Shown one piece after another: positions 53,216 through 64,000 of a DNA stretch of 64,000 nt. Each line of letters begins with the position of its first letter. Within the stretch, counting starts at the first letter, position 1. This DNA is from Octopus sinensis (lineage: Eukaryota): NCBI RefSeq assembly GCF_006345805.1, contig NC_043006.1:96720001-96784000 (forward strand), read 5' to 3'. Under the pieces are notes generated by a model. It was not told where the DNA came from and did no database searches. It saw nothing but the letters and a program-made list of their open reading frames with translations. The translations under genes were made by a program, and so were the position numbers.

Positions 53216-55135
53216 AATCCACACACATATGCATATATTGGTTTCAAATTGTGGCACAAGGCCAGCAATTGTGGGGGTTGGGGAAGCGCGAATCTAAGGA
53301 AAAGGCTTATTTAATTAAATCAGCCATAGTACTTAAGTGATAAACACCCCTCCCCAGACGGGTGAAGTGCGAAATTGACCTCAGCGGAAATTAAATTCAA
53401 TACATAAATAGCCGTATCCTAATTCCACTATACATTCTTCTCGATGCCCTAACGAATCTGCTACCTATAAAATGAGAAGTTAAAAAAAAAAATACCACTT
53501 AGTGAATGAAGGAAGAGAAGCGCCCATTAACTTTTGTTTCTCTGGGCCCTCGAGACAAGTGGAAGCATGAAAGTTGTTCTCAAACCAGAAAACTTGCGTA
53601 AGCTCTTTTAACAGAGAGGACTTGCAAAAGGAATGTAAGGACTACAACGAAAAAAAAAAATTGATTGGTCGGATATCAGAATAGTTGAATTTAAGTGTGA
53701 AGATAGTGTTCAAGATCCGTTAAAGGAGCTTCAAGATTAGTGAGAAGTTATCCTCCAAAAGCCGACCTGGCCCAAATGCTTAAAACAACGGTCTGGACTT
53801 CTTACAATTCCATGAATCACCTGTTCGGGTTGGCGATCGTGTTATCGATCTCAAAATGATGAAAATTCAATATGACTTTAGCGGGATTTGAACTCAGCAC
53901 ATAAGGAATCGGAACAAAGACTGCAAAGCGTTCTGTCCAACAATCTAACAACTCGGCCAGTCCGTCTTTAAACTATATTGGATCAATGGGACGCCACTGG
54001 AGACTTCATATTTATGTAGTCATTGCAATATGCTTAGCGGCATATCGTCTATCTGCACGTCCCGAGTTCAAATTCTGCCGAGGCCGACTTTGCCTTTTAT
54101 CCTTTCGAGGTCGATAAAATAAGTACCAGTGCAGTACTGGGGTCAATGTAACTAACTTAACCTCTTCTCGGAACTGTTGACCTTGCGCTAAAATTTGAAA
54201 TCAATATTTATGTAATCATTCTCTGATTTTCAAAGCAGCAAAACATTGGAATTGTTCTTATTTCAGTCCACAGTACCCCGGTCGGGATTGACGTGCACAA
54301 ATGAAAGTTCGCAAAATCCTCTGTTTATAGAGTTTTCCACCGTCCATATCGTTGAACCTTCTTACCGTTCTGTACTTATTTATCATCCGTGAGAGGGAGC
54401 ATGGTCTCTTTAAGATCACTTAACCTGCCCAAATAGTAGTAAATCCTCCTTTAAATCGCACTCCAACGTCTTAAAAGTGGAAGCATACATTAGATAATGT
54501 AGTCCGAGGTAGACTATGTCTGAAAAGGAAGAGAAATGAATGAGCGTCGTTATGGCTTTGACTAGAACGTCTTTGATCATAAATAGGAATCCTCGTTCGG
54601 ATAGGTTGAGCTGTGGTCAAAAAATAGCAACAATAAAATGTAAAGAAAGAACACCACCGCCGACACCAACTATGCAGAAAGGTAATAGCCAAAACAGTGA
54701 TAGCAGCAGGATCTAGACCAATGGCTGCTCTCCCTACCACCACAGCCACCACCACCACCTTCACCGTCGTCACAAGACTCTCCATTTTGTAAATGGAATG
54801 TTGAAAAGCAGAATCCGTTAAAATAGCATTAGAAGCGATAAAGGAAACCGAAAAAAATAAATATGTAAAGAGAAAATAATACAAAAATAAGAAATAATAA
54901 TAAAAATAGGTAAAGATGATAAAAAAGAGAAGAGCAACCGCAAAGGGAGAGAACAAAGCAAAATGATTTTACTGGGGGATTAGAAGTGTTTCGGTAAAAG
55001 GGAACTATTTATCGATTTTTTCCAATGTTCAGAGAGAAAGAGAGATATATACACACAGACAGACAATGAGACAGACAGACAGAAAGACATCTAAATATTC
55101 CTCGTACTCTCAGATCTCGCATTTCTTTCCTGCAC

Positions 55136-55174
<39 letters not shown>

Positions 55175-55270
55175 TGCCTTTCTCTCTCTCTCTCTCTCTC
55201 TTGCCCCCCCCCCATGCTTCCCCTCTCTCCGCTACCTCATTTTGTGCTCTTTTGCTTTTCTCTTTATTTA

Positions 55271-55326
<56 letters not shown>

Positions 55327-55417
55327 TATTCTTGTCCACGTCGTCGGCGTCCTCGACGCCATTTCATTATTTTAACGTCGTCATCGTCATCTTCATGGTC
55401 ATTATTATTGTTGTTGT

Positions 55418-55463
<46 letters not shown>

Positions 55464-55977
55464 GTTGCTGTTGTTTTTGTTGTTGTTGTTGTTGTTGTTG
55501 TTAGTCATTGCGACACTTTTATGATAGGTCGTTGTCTTTACTGTCGGCTGACATCTACTTTCGTTTCTTTATGGCTGTTCACCTTCGGCCGACATCCAAT
55601 CACCTTCGCTTTCCAGCCACCACCACCACCACCACCACCACCACCACCTCTCATTTCTCTCCTCCACCTTCAACTGTAATATCATCACCGTTGCCACCAA
55701 TACTAACGCCATCCAACTCACGGCTATTAACTGTGTCCACGTGATCTAGCTCTCATCCATTATTGCCGCCATTACCATCAATGTCTACAACCTTGCGACA
55801 CCGCTTCCATACACCTCCACCACGGCCAGCGAACGAAGGAGGGAACCTGTACGTTGTCAAGTATTTGACCTCTGGAAAATAGCGGACAAGTCTCCCTCAA
55901 ATTACTCAACAGAAAGTCCTGATTTTCCGCTATAATGGGAAGAAAACGTTAAGTACTGGGATCGATTTATTCAACTA

Positions 55978-56208
55978 AGGCGACGAGCTGGCAGAAACGT
56001 TAGCGCGCCGGGCGAAATGCTTAGCAGTATTTCGTCTGCCGTTAGGTTCTGAGTTCAAATTCCGCCGAAGTCGACTTTGCCTTTCATCCTTTCGGGGTCG
56101 ATAAATTAAGTACCAGTTACGCACTGGAGTCGATGCAATCGACTTAATCCATTTGTCTGTCCTTGTTTGTCCCCTCTATGTTTAGCCCCTTGTGGGCAAT
56201 AAAGAAAT
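55978..56208 (+). mobile_element. SINE family D, full length (best copy)
   Basis: A-box tggcagaaacg, B-box gagttcaaattcc, central gtcgactttgcctttcatcctttcggggtcgataaattaagtaccag, tail aataaagaaata. Confidence 0.9.
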
Positions 56209-56723
56209 AATGGGGCGGGGGAACATAACAAAATGATTAGGAATGGAATACATGACAAACTGTGCCCTACTTCCGTATACTACGACACTGCACTTGTCCA
56301 CCACCGCTCTACAAATTGTACTCTTACATCTTACGGCACCATAATCCACCACTTCGATTCACGATTCCGTCAATGCCCTGTGACCGGTACCGGCTGAACA
56401 ATTCGCAGACATGCCTTAATGTAGCCTTAATGTAGTTCTCAGGGAGATTCAGCGTGACACAGAAAGTGACAAAGCTGGTCCCTTTGAAACGCAGGTACTA
56501 CTCCCTTTTCGCCAGCTGAGTGGACCGGAGCAACGTGAAATAAAGAGTCTTGCACAAGGATACGACATGTAACCACGAATTGAACCCACGACCTTACGAT
56601 CGAGAACTGAATACCCTAACCAGTAAGTCGTGCGCCTTCACTGTGACCTGTACTATTAGAGCACCACAAATGCAGTTCAAAATTGGTGCCAATGTCATTG
56701 TTGTTGTTGTTCTATGTTAATAT

Positions 56724-56891
56724 GGCGCAGGAGTGGCTGTGTGGTAAGTAGCTTGCTAACCAACCACATGGTTCCGGGTTCAGTCCCACTGCGTGGCATC
56801 TTGGGCAAGTGTCTTCTGCTGTAGCCCCGGGCCGACCAATGCCTTGTGAGTGGATTTCGTAGACGGAAACTGAAAGAAGCCTGTCGTATAC

Positions 56892-56928
<37 letters not shown>

Positions 56929-57152
56929 TATATATATATATATAAGTGTGTGTGTGTATATGTTTGTGTGTCTGTGTTTGTCCCCCTAGCATTGCTTGAC
57001 ACCGATGCTGGTGTGTTTACGTCCCATAACTTAGTGGTTCGGCAAAGAGACCGATGAATAAGTCCTTGGGTCGATTTGCTCGACTAAAGGCGGTGCTCCA
57101 GCATGGCCGCAGTCAAATGACTGAAACAAGTAAAAGAGTAAAGAGTAAAGAG
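56724..57152 (+). mobile_element. SINE family A, full length (best copy)
   Basis: ggcgcaggagtggctgtgtggtaagtagcttgc...ggttcagtccc...(TA)n(TG)n...(aagagta)n tail. Confidence 0.9.
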
Positions 57153-57239
57153 TATGTCCGGTGAAAATATCTTTCGCTGATTTATTGTCACCGAGCTACA
57201 ATCACTGATTCAGATAAATCACTTTACTGGTGTCTATCA

Positions 57240-57910
57240 CTACCACAATCACCTTAAATGACCCTAAGTAATACCACTAAGCATCACCGCCACCACCACC
57301 ACCACCACCAGCACCACTGTGCTGCCGCCGCCTCTTCCACCATCATAATCATCATCACCATCATCACCAATATCACCATCCACAACCACCCCCTCCTCCA
57401 CCACTTCCTCCTCCTCCACTTCATCATCATCATCATCATTGCCGTCATCGTCGTCGTCATCACCATTGCTGTCTCCACCTGTTCTATGACCAGCATCATT
57501 ACAACGAACGTATTCAAAATATTAACATCGTCGCACCATATTCATCACCATCACCATCATCAACATCATCACAATCATCATCTTCAGTACCATGAGCGCC
57601 ATCACTATTACCACCACTCTTACCATCAAACCCACCATCGCCATCATCTTCATCGCTACCAAAGTTAACATTACGACCACCATCAGCACTGACGCCACAA
57701 CCACCGACTACCACCACCAACACCACCAACACCATCTTTATTGCCACCACTAGTTATCACCACCATCATCATCATCATCATCACCACCACCACCACCGAC
57801 ATCGCCATCACTATCAACACCATCACCACCGCCACCACTACCGCCGCCGACGACGACACCTTACCTGCTCCCGCTGCGGCCACTGCTGCCACATTCATTA
57901 CCATGGCGCC
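57240..57910. repeat. Cryptic CAC/CAT/CAA trinucleotide low-complexity block
   Basis: Interleaved trinucleotide runs; similar blocks at 20606-20870 and 55135-55650. Confidence 0.85.
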
Positions 57911-58213
57911 CCTGCTGCCGCCAACACACTTAATATATTGTATATAACACGTTTGAGTTCCTTCGGTCATAGGGAAATTCTCCTGAGAGACAATGCATGT
58001 GAACACACACCGCTGCGATATGAGTGACGTCATTCAATCATTGACGTATCATCAGCTACGGATACGAAAGGCATCGTAGAAAATCCACTATGAAGCAGCT
58101 CTCCTTATATTTAAACAGCAAATAGTACCTATATATATTCATACATGAATGCACACACACATTCACCCATATGTGTACGTATATATATATATATATACAC
58201 ACACATATATATA

Positions 58214-58249
<36 letters not shown>

Positions 58250-58367
58250 TGTATGTATGTATGTATGTATGAGTGTGTGTATATCTATGTTTATCCATCT
58301 ATCTATCTATATATATATACAAACATACAATACATACATACATACATATATATAATATATATATATA

Positions 58368-58580
58368 AGGTTAATCCAAACGGAAAACAGGAAAAAAAAA
58401 ACAACAACACGTGGAACAATACAGTATTATTATTATTAGGCGCTCAGGAAAATGGGAAGAAGGAGGGTTATGACGTTTCGAGCGGAGCTCTTCGTCGAAA
58501 CCATAGGAAGAAAGAGATCCCGAGACGGGAGGACAGAGGAAAAAAAATTGCAGGTAGTCTTCACGAGGTCACATACTAAA
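58368..58580 (-). mobile_element. PLE-type repeat family H2 with variant hammerhead motif (58466-58503)
   Basis: Minus strand reads TCGACGA-a-gagc-tcc-gctc-GAAACGT-C|a; homologous to 59003-59210. Confidence 0.6.
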
Positions 58581-59002
58581 AAGATGGAAGGGTAAAAAAG
58601 GAGGAAAATGTTTTTTTAAAAACAGGAGAGCTGAATCAAAGAGGGAATGGTAAAAAAGGTGTGCGAGATGACAAGGGTGTGGTGGTGTGTGAGTGTGTGC
58701 GCGTGTGTGTGTATGTGTGTGTATGGGGACAATGGCTAGTAGCAGGCAGTAGTAGAATTAAAGGAGTGGTGTGGGGGTACCCTAGCAAGTCATATATATA
58801 TATATATATATATGTATGTATATATGTCTGTAGTATGTATTCTAAACAATGAAATATAGAGTGAAGAAGAGGAATGAAAACAGACGTGAGATACGTAAGG
58901 ATATTGTATCTGCGGTTCCAATATGTATATACATATACATACATACATACATACATACATACATACATACATACATGCATACATACATACATATATATAT
59001 AT

Positions 59003-59209
59003 ATATGTGACCTCGTGTGTACCGTTGGCGATTTTTTCCCTCTGTCTTCCCTTCTTTGGATCTTTCCTTCTCTATGTTTCCGACGAAGAGCTCCGCTCGA
59101 AACGTTTAAACCCTCCTCTTTCCTTCTTCCTGAGCGTCCAATATAATACTATTTGTTCCACGTCCTTCGCGTTGTTGTGTTTTTTTTGTGCTTTTTTGTT
59201 TGGATTAAC

Positions 59210-59210
<1 letters not shown>
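59003..59210 (+). mobile_element. PLE-type repeat family H2 with variant hammerhead motif (59076-59111)
   Basis: gttt-CCGACGA-a-gagc-tcc-gctc-GAAACGT-T|taaac. Confidence 0.6.
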
Positions 59211-59279
<69 letters not shown>

Positions 59280-59464
59280 TGCATCTTTTGTCTTTAGGAC
59301 ACTAGGTCATCGAATAACACCTACCCCCACGGGAACTTTCTTTTCCTTGTGCCTAAGTTAGAAACCATTATTATTGTTGTTGTTAATGTTATTCTGAAAG
59401 ATACTCGGAGAGTTCTTAATTACCGGTTATTCTTCACTTGAAAACAGGCAATAACGAATCACCT

Positions 59465-59590
59465 AAAGTTTCTTTCTTGGTCTACCACTTGGACTCCTGC
59501 AGGTTGGCCTGGCTTGAAGAATCCGTTTTGCGATTCTTTCCTGCGATATTCTTAGTGCATGTCCGTGGTGCCGAAGCTTTGACCTCTCAA
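59465..59590 (-). mobile_element. RTE-clade LINE fragment
   Basis: Minus strand translates RSKLRHHGHALRISQERIAKRILQARPTCRSPSGRP; same family as 47150-47480. Confidence 0.7.
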
Positions 59591-60655
59591 TGAGAGGATT
59601 TCAATAAACTACTTGAACTGATTTATTGAATAATAGAAAAAATGTCGTGGCCAGACACGTAATAAAACACCGGAAGCTGATTTGAAATTATGACCTGGGC
59701 AGCTAAGAATCTAATTAAATATCTACTGAGTCACCTCGTTTCTGTAACTTGAAGATTTCTCAACTGTTGCCATAGAATTTACTTTCTGAAAGACTATATC
59801 GGTCTCTTTACCAGCTATTACACTTTGTGATGAGGATTATAACTGAATTATCAAATTTCCCCATGGACTGGTGCAGAAAGATGCCCGTACAATATACTGA
59901 TCGAAATATAGTGTAAATAAAACACTAAATGAAAACATGTTAGGTTCTTTGAAACATTCGTTAGTTGTTTGACTCCTTTATCTCAGAATAGCAGATTAAA
60001 TCTTCATTGATTTCAATGAAGCATGAAAGAGGTGGAATGGCGTTCATGCATTGCTACGCATGCAAACCATGCATTGTTATATAAAACGAAACTGGAAAGA
60101 ATTTACAGAACGCTTATAGGTTCTGGTCGTTGACATATGTACATGCACAGACACACTCACACAATAGGTTCTGGTCTTTGACAAACGCGCACGCACACGC
60201 GCACACACGCACACACGCACACACATACATACACTTACACAATCGCTTACACTTACACATTTAATAGCACTTTCGTTCAGCTGCAGATCAGTTATAAAGT
60301 TTCGTGCATGTTAGGTATGACTACCTCATCAGATGTTCGGAGTTAAATGAATTGTTATTAAATATCAATACATTTAACTCCAACCAAATATATGGAGCGT
60401 TACGTTTATTCGTTTGTGAACTCTCTCGTTTATGTATGTATGCCTTATAAAGGTATTCTACCCAGCATTTCTGCTTTTCTAACAGCAAGTCTTCGTTAGA
60501 AAAATAACATATTCTTATTTGTATCGTATAATACACATTTCGGTGTCTTTAATTAAAGAAAGAAATAATTTGCATGCTCACATTTATACACACATGGCTG
60601 TTCTGTAAAGCTAAAGTATTTAGCGATTAACTCGGCGGATTAATTTATCAGCGGG

Positions 60656-60725
60656 CAGTTTAGCTTCATGATAAAACACACAGCCGGAGTGTTTCAGGGA
60701 TATGGGTTCGAGTCCCATGGCTGTT
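60656..60725 (+). mobile_element. Degenerate tRNA-like SINE head
   Basis: B-box gggttcgagtccc with a weak A-box; no complete cloverleaf. Confidence 0.35.
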
Positions 60726-61007
60726 TGTTGACACATTTTCCTATTCTAAGAGTAATTTACCCAGTTTTTCTGTTCTTTTATCGACAGCTCTGATTTCTAA
60801 TAAAAAGAAACAAATATTTGTTTCTTTGCATTTATACCAGTAGGTTATTCATATAAATACAGTTAAATCTTAATTATGAAAAAAATATTGAACCCATTAT
60901 TCTATGCTAATTTAGTTAATTTTCTCAAGCTCCCTTTTCAGTTTGTAAGACAGAAAATTTAATTGCAATAAAATGTCTTAAAACTAATTTAAAGTGCCTA
61001 CGTGATA

Positions 61008-61036
61008 GCTGTAAACCTACTTTTGGGCCACCGTGC
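61008..61036 (-). mobile_element. Single Tc1/mariner-like terminal repeat
   Basis: Minus strand reads cacggtggcccaaaagtaggtttacagct next to (TA)n; no partner TIR found. Confidence 0.4.
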
Positions 61037-61621
61037 ATATATATATATATATATATATAACACACATACACGGATATACCCATGTGTGTGTGAGCGTGTA
61101 TGTACATGTATATATATATGCATATGTATGTATAGAAAACTACACTACACGATACGTCTATCTAAGAAAATGATCCCATTTTGTTACTTTTAACATATAT
61201 GCGTGTGTGTGTGTGTCTATGTGTGTGTGTGTGTGTGTGTGTTTATTCCAACCGGTGTAAAATGGTAAGGAAATACAGATTGGGTGGTGCTTATACCCGT
61301 TTTGTAGGTATTACCGATACGGAAGCGACTTTGTCGAGTGAAAGCTTTGTTTTTGGTGATATCCTGGAATCGAAACCGTGACACAGAAATCGCTCAAGTT
61401 TCACTCAGAAAATCGATCCAAATATAATGAAGAATACCTTTTTCTTCCTTACAATTCATGCTACTCTGTTTGTCGTTATACATGGCTTCTCTCGAATCTT
61501 AAAATCTGTGTCAGTTATCAACGATATGTTTAGGGATTGGTTTAAAATTACCGCTGTAGTCTTCTGCCTTAGTGGTGGTGGTGGTGGTCTTCTTCTTCTT
61601 CTTCTTCTTCTTCTTCTTCTT

Positions 61622-61721
61622 NNNNNNNNNNNNNNNNNNNNNNNNNNNNNNNNNNNNNNNNNNNNNNNNNNNNNNNNNNNNNNNNNNNNNNNNNNNNNNN
61701 NNNNNNNNNNNNNNNNNNNNN
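61622..61721. other. Assembly gap (100 N)
   Basis: Run of exactly 100 N, typical of a gap of unknown size. Confidence 0.99.
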
Positions 61722-62112
61722 ACCAGGCACAGGCATCACAACCATATGTGCGCGACATGGTGATCTCATATCAAGATAAACAGCACATGACCTTGCAGGT
61801 GGAGCATAGTTAGAATTTTCTTCTGGTCAAGTAACCCATTCCGCTCAAAAGGTCCCTGAATAAGGGTTGTTTAAGGATGTTGAAAGACACCACCATGTTC
61901 CAGAGATGAATTATTAAAACCCCAAAGAATCCCTCTCAACACATGGCTATGATGCTCCCGCACTACTTCTGCTCGTGATCAGAGATGCACATATCGTCAG
62001 CCAACGGGGACATGCTTCAACTGGTTAAGGTCAAACACACTGACAAGCAAATCTGTGTATTGAGCAGAATATTTGCTGTAGCCCATCTTTTATACCAAGA
62101 CAAAACAATGTA
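61722..62112 (-). mobile_element. Non-coding retroposon copy 1 (TAA-associated family); its 3' end runs into the gap
   Basis: Colinear with 62290-62670 (cttctgctcgtgatcagagatgcacatatcgtcagcc...gagcagaatatttgctgtag). Confidence 0.7.
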
Positions 62113-62142
62113 TTATTATTATTATTATTATATTATTTATAT

Positions 62143-62208
<66 letters not shown>

Positions 62209-62209
62209 G

Positions 62210-62722
62210 AGATGGCAGTGCACTCTCTCATACTGACACAGATATAGAAGCCCAATATAACCATCATGACTACCCATCTGATAATGTGTTACACCAAGCC
62301 ACATGCATCACAAACTTGCGTGTGACATGGTGAACTCATATTAAACAGTGCATGTGCTTGCAACTGGCCCCCAGTTAGAATTTTCTTTATACCGAGTAAT
62401 CCATCACGTTCAAAAGATCCCACAATAAGGTTTGTTTAAGGTAAATGAATGAAACAATCATTTTCCAGGGGTGAATTATTCAAAACCCAAATAATTCCTC
62501 TCAGCACATGACTATGATGTTCCCCCAATACTCCTGTCCTTAATCAGAAATGCACAAATCGTCAGCCACCAAAGGACATGCTCAACTGTCAAGCAACTGA
62601 CAAGCAAATTGTGGTTTTGAGCAGAATATTTGTTGTAGTCTATCTTTTACACCAAGAAAAATATATACGTTATAACATTTCCAATCCATTGGATTAGAAG
62701 CCATGAGAGTCACTGCCTGGTA
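62210..62722 (-). mobile_element. Non-coding retroposon copy 2, about 510 bp, (TAA)n on both sides
   Basis: Homologous to 61722-62112; the minus strand ends ...gagagtgcactgccatctc-(AAT)n. Orientation is inferred from that tail. Confidence 0.7.
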
Positions 62723-62770
62723 TTATTATTGTTATTATCATTATCATTATTATTATTATCATTATTATTA

Positions 62771-62834
<64 letters not shown>

Positions 62835-62861
62835 TGTGGTTGCTGTTATTATTATCATTAT

Positions 62862-64000
62862 TTTGTGTTGGCTCAGGTTTGGTCTTATTCCTGGTAGAAT
62901 TAATGTGGGTAGCAGATTACTACTTGTAACATTAGGTGTCCACAAGTTTTCAATTGTCTTTGGAGTGCTTAGAGCCCTCCTGATAATCCTTGCAATCCCT
63001 AAGAGACAAACTTTTTGAAGGAGCTCAACAGGACATTCTATTCCAGTCTATTTCAGCCATTTGTCTATATCTTTGCTTACTGTTCCTCGTGCACCAATTA
63101 TTATAGGCCCGACCTTTACTGTTCTCATGGTCCAAATTCTCCCCATTTCAAATTTGAAGAGATTACATATTTTTTGTTTTTTTCGTCTCCTTTTTTTTAC
63201 GATCCTCGAATCAAACGGGCATGATGGGTCAATCGCTAAGTGACTTCGCTTTTCCTTATCTATAATTATTATGTCCGGTTTATTATTTTCTTGTTCGTTT
63301 GAAGAGGAAAGTCCCACAAAACCTTGCATTTTTCCTACTCCAGTACTCTTCTGACTCGGTAATTATACTATGTGTTTCCAGTTTTAAATCCCTATTTGTG
63401 GCATAATTTCCCGTTTAACACTTTTACAACCTGGTCGTGCCTCCATTTCTTATATTCCTCCTGTGCCAGCTTGGGGCATTCTTCCACAATGTGTGCCACA
63501 GTCTCATTCCAAGTTCCACAGGCTCTACATTTTTCTGAAACATTCTCTCCAGATATATTTTTTCTAAATTTTGTTTTTTATTGCTTGATCTTAGGCTGCT
63601 ACAATTAGGCACTTTTTTATTTTTAACTGCCCGTTTTTTTAACCAAGCCCAGAATTTTTCCACATACGCCCTCAGTGGCTCTCCAAAATTGGCTATGCAT
63701 AGGTTTTTCTTCAATTTGTCTGACGTGCTCTCTTTCTATTTCATTCTTGTCCGTTTCTCCTATTATGCCCTTCATCACCTTTTCTTTACTCTCTTTAGTA
63801 GTTTTTTCTGTGCTGCTCTGTAAATACTCTACTAAGCTTTTTCTTTCCCTCTGTACACATTATGCTGCTGCTATCAGAAACCACCCTGATCTCTCCTCAA
63901 GTACAGGTGGTTGATACCAGCTTTCGGATGATGGGCTCCATACATCGTCAGCAACTTCCTTGTTTTTCTATCAAATTTCTTTATATCGTTTTTGGTCCAG
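62862..64000 (-). mobile_element. Degenerate R4/Dong-type RLE retrotransposon (family 2), continuing past the window edge
   Basis: Minus strand shows TRKLLTMYGAHHPK...LYLRRDQGG, KPMHSQF, CCHC knuckle CRACGTWNETVAHIVEECPKLAQEEYKKWRHDQV, RLE KPDIIIIDKEKR..IDPSCPFD and PIIIGARG, followed by a 3' UTR and (TAA)n. Confidence 0.9.

Noticed and set aside
58020-58060. Two CRE-like sites (TGACGTCA, TGACGTA) forming a short inverted repeat
   Set aside because: No gene context, and two short motifs are insufficient for a regulatory call.
1149-61193. Most ORF-track entries rich in YI, HT, CV, MYV, poly-Y/I/L/T/S
   Set aside because: These are translations of (TA)n, (CA)n, (TACA)n and trinucleotide microsatellites with no domain content.

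Overview
AT-rich, microsatellite-saturated animal DNA, either intronic or intergenic. I could not recognise any host protein-coding exon; almost all entries in the ORF track are translations of simple repeats. The repeat families and microsatellite load fit a coleoid cephalopod (Octopus-like), which is an inference. The window holds four tRNA-headed SINE families (about 40 copies or fragments) and 5'-truncated non-LTR retrotransposons: R4/Dong-type RLE elements, CR1-like and RTE-like. It also holds a hAT deletion derivative with TIRs and TSD, a Tigger/pogo-like MITE, a Helitron-like 3' end and one 100-N gap. Three signals stand out. (1) At least 11 hammerhead-ribozyme-like motifs of the minimal type I form known from Penelope-like elements: one has a fully canonical core and extended helix II (45736-45817), and two repeat families carry non-canonical cores. 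(2) Seven long inverted repeats occur, four of them head-to-head copies of hammerhead-bearing elements. (3) RLE retrotransposons sit inside microsatellites: several in (TAA)n and one in (TACA)n. All folds were paired by eye and none was tested for activity.
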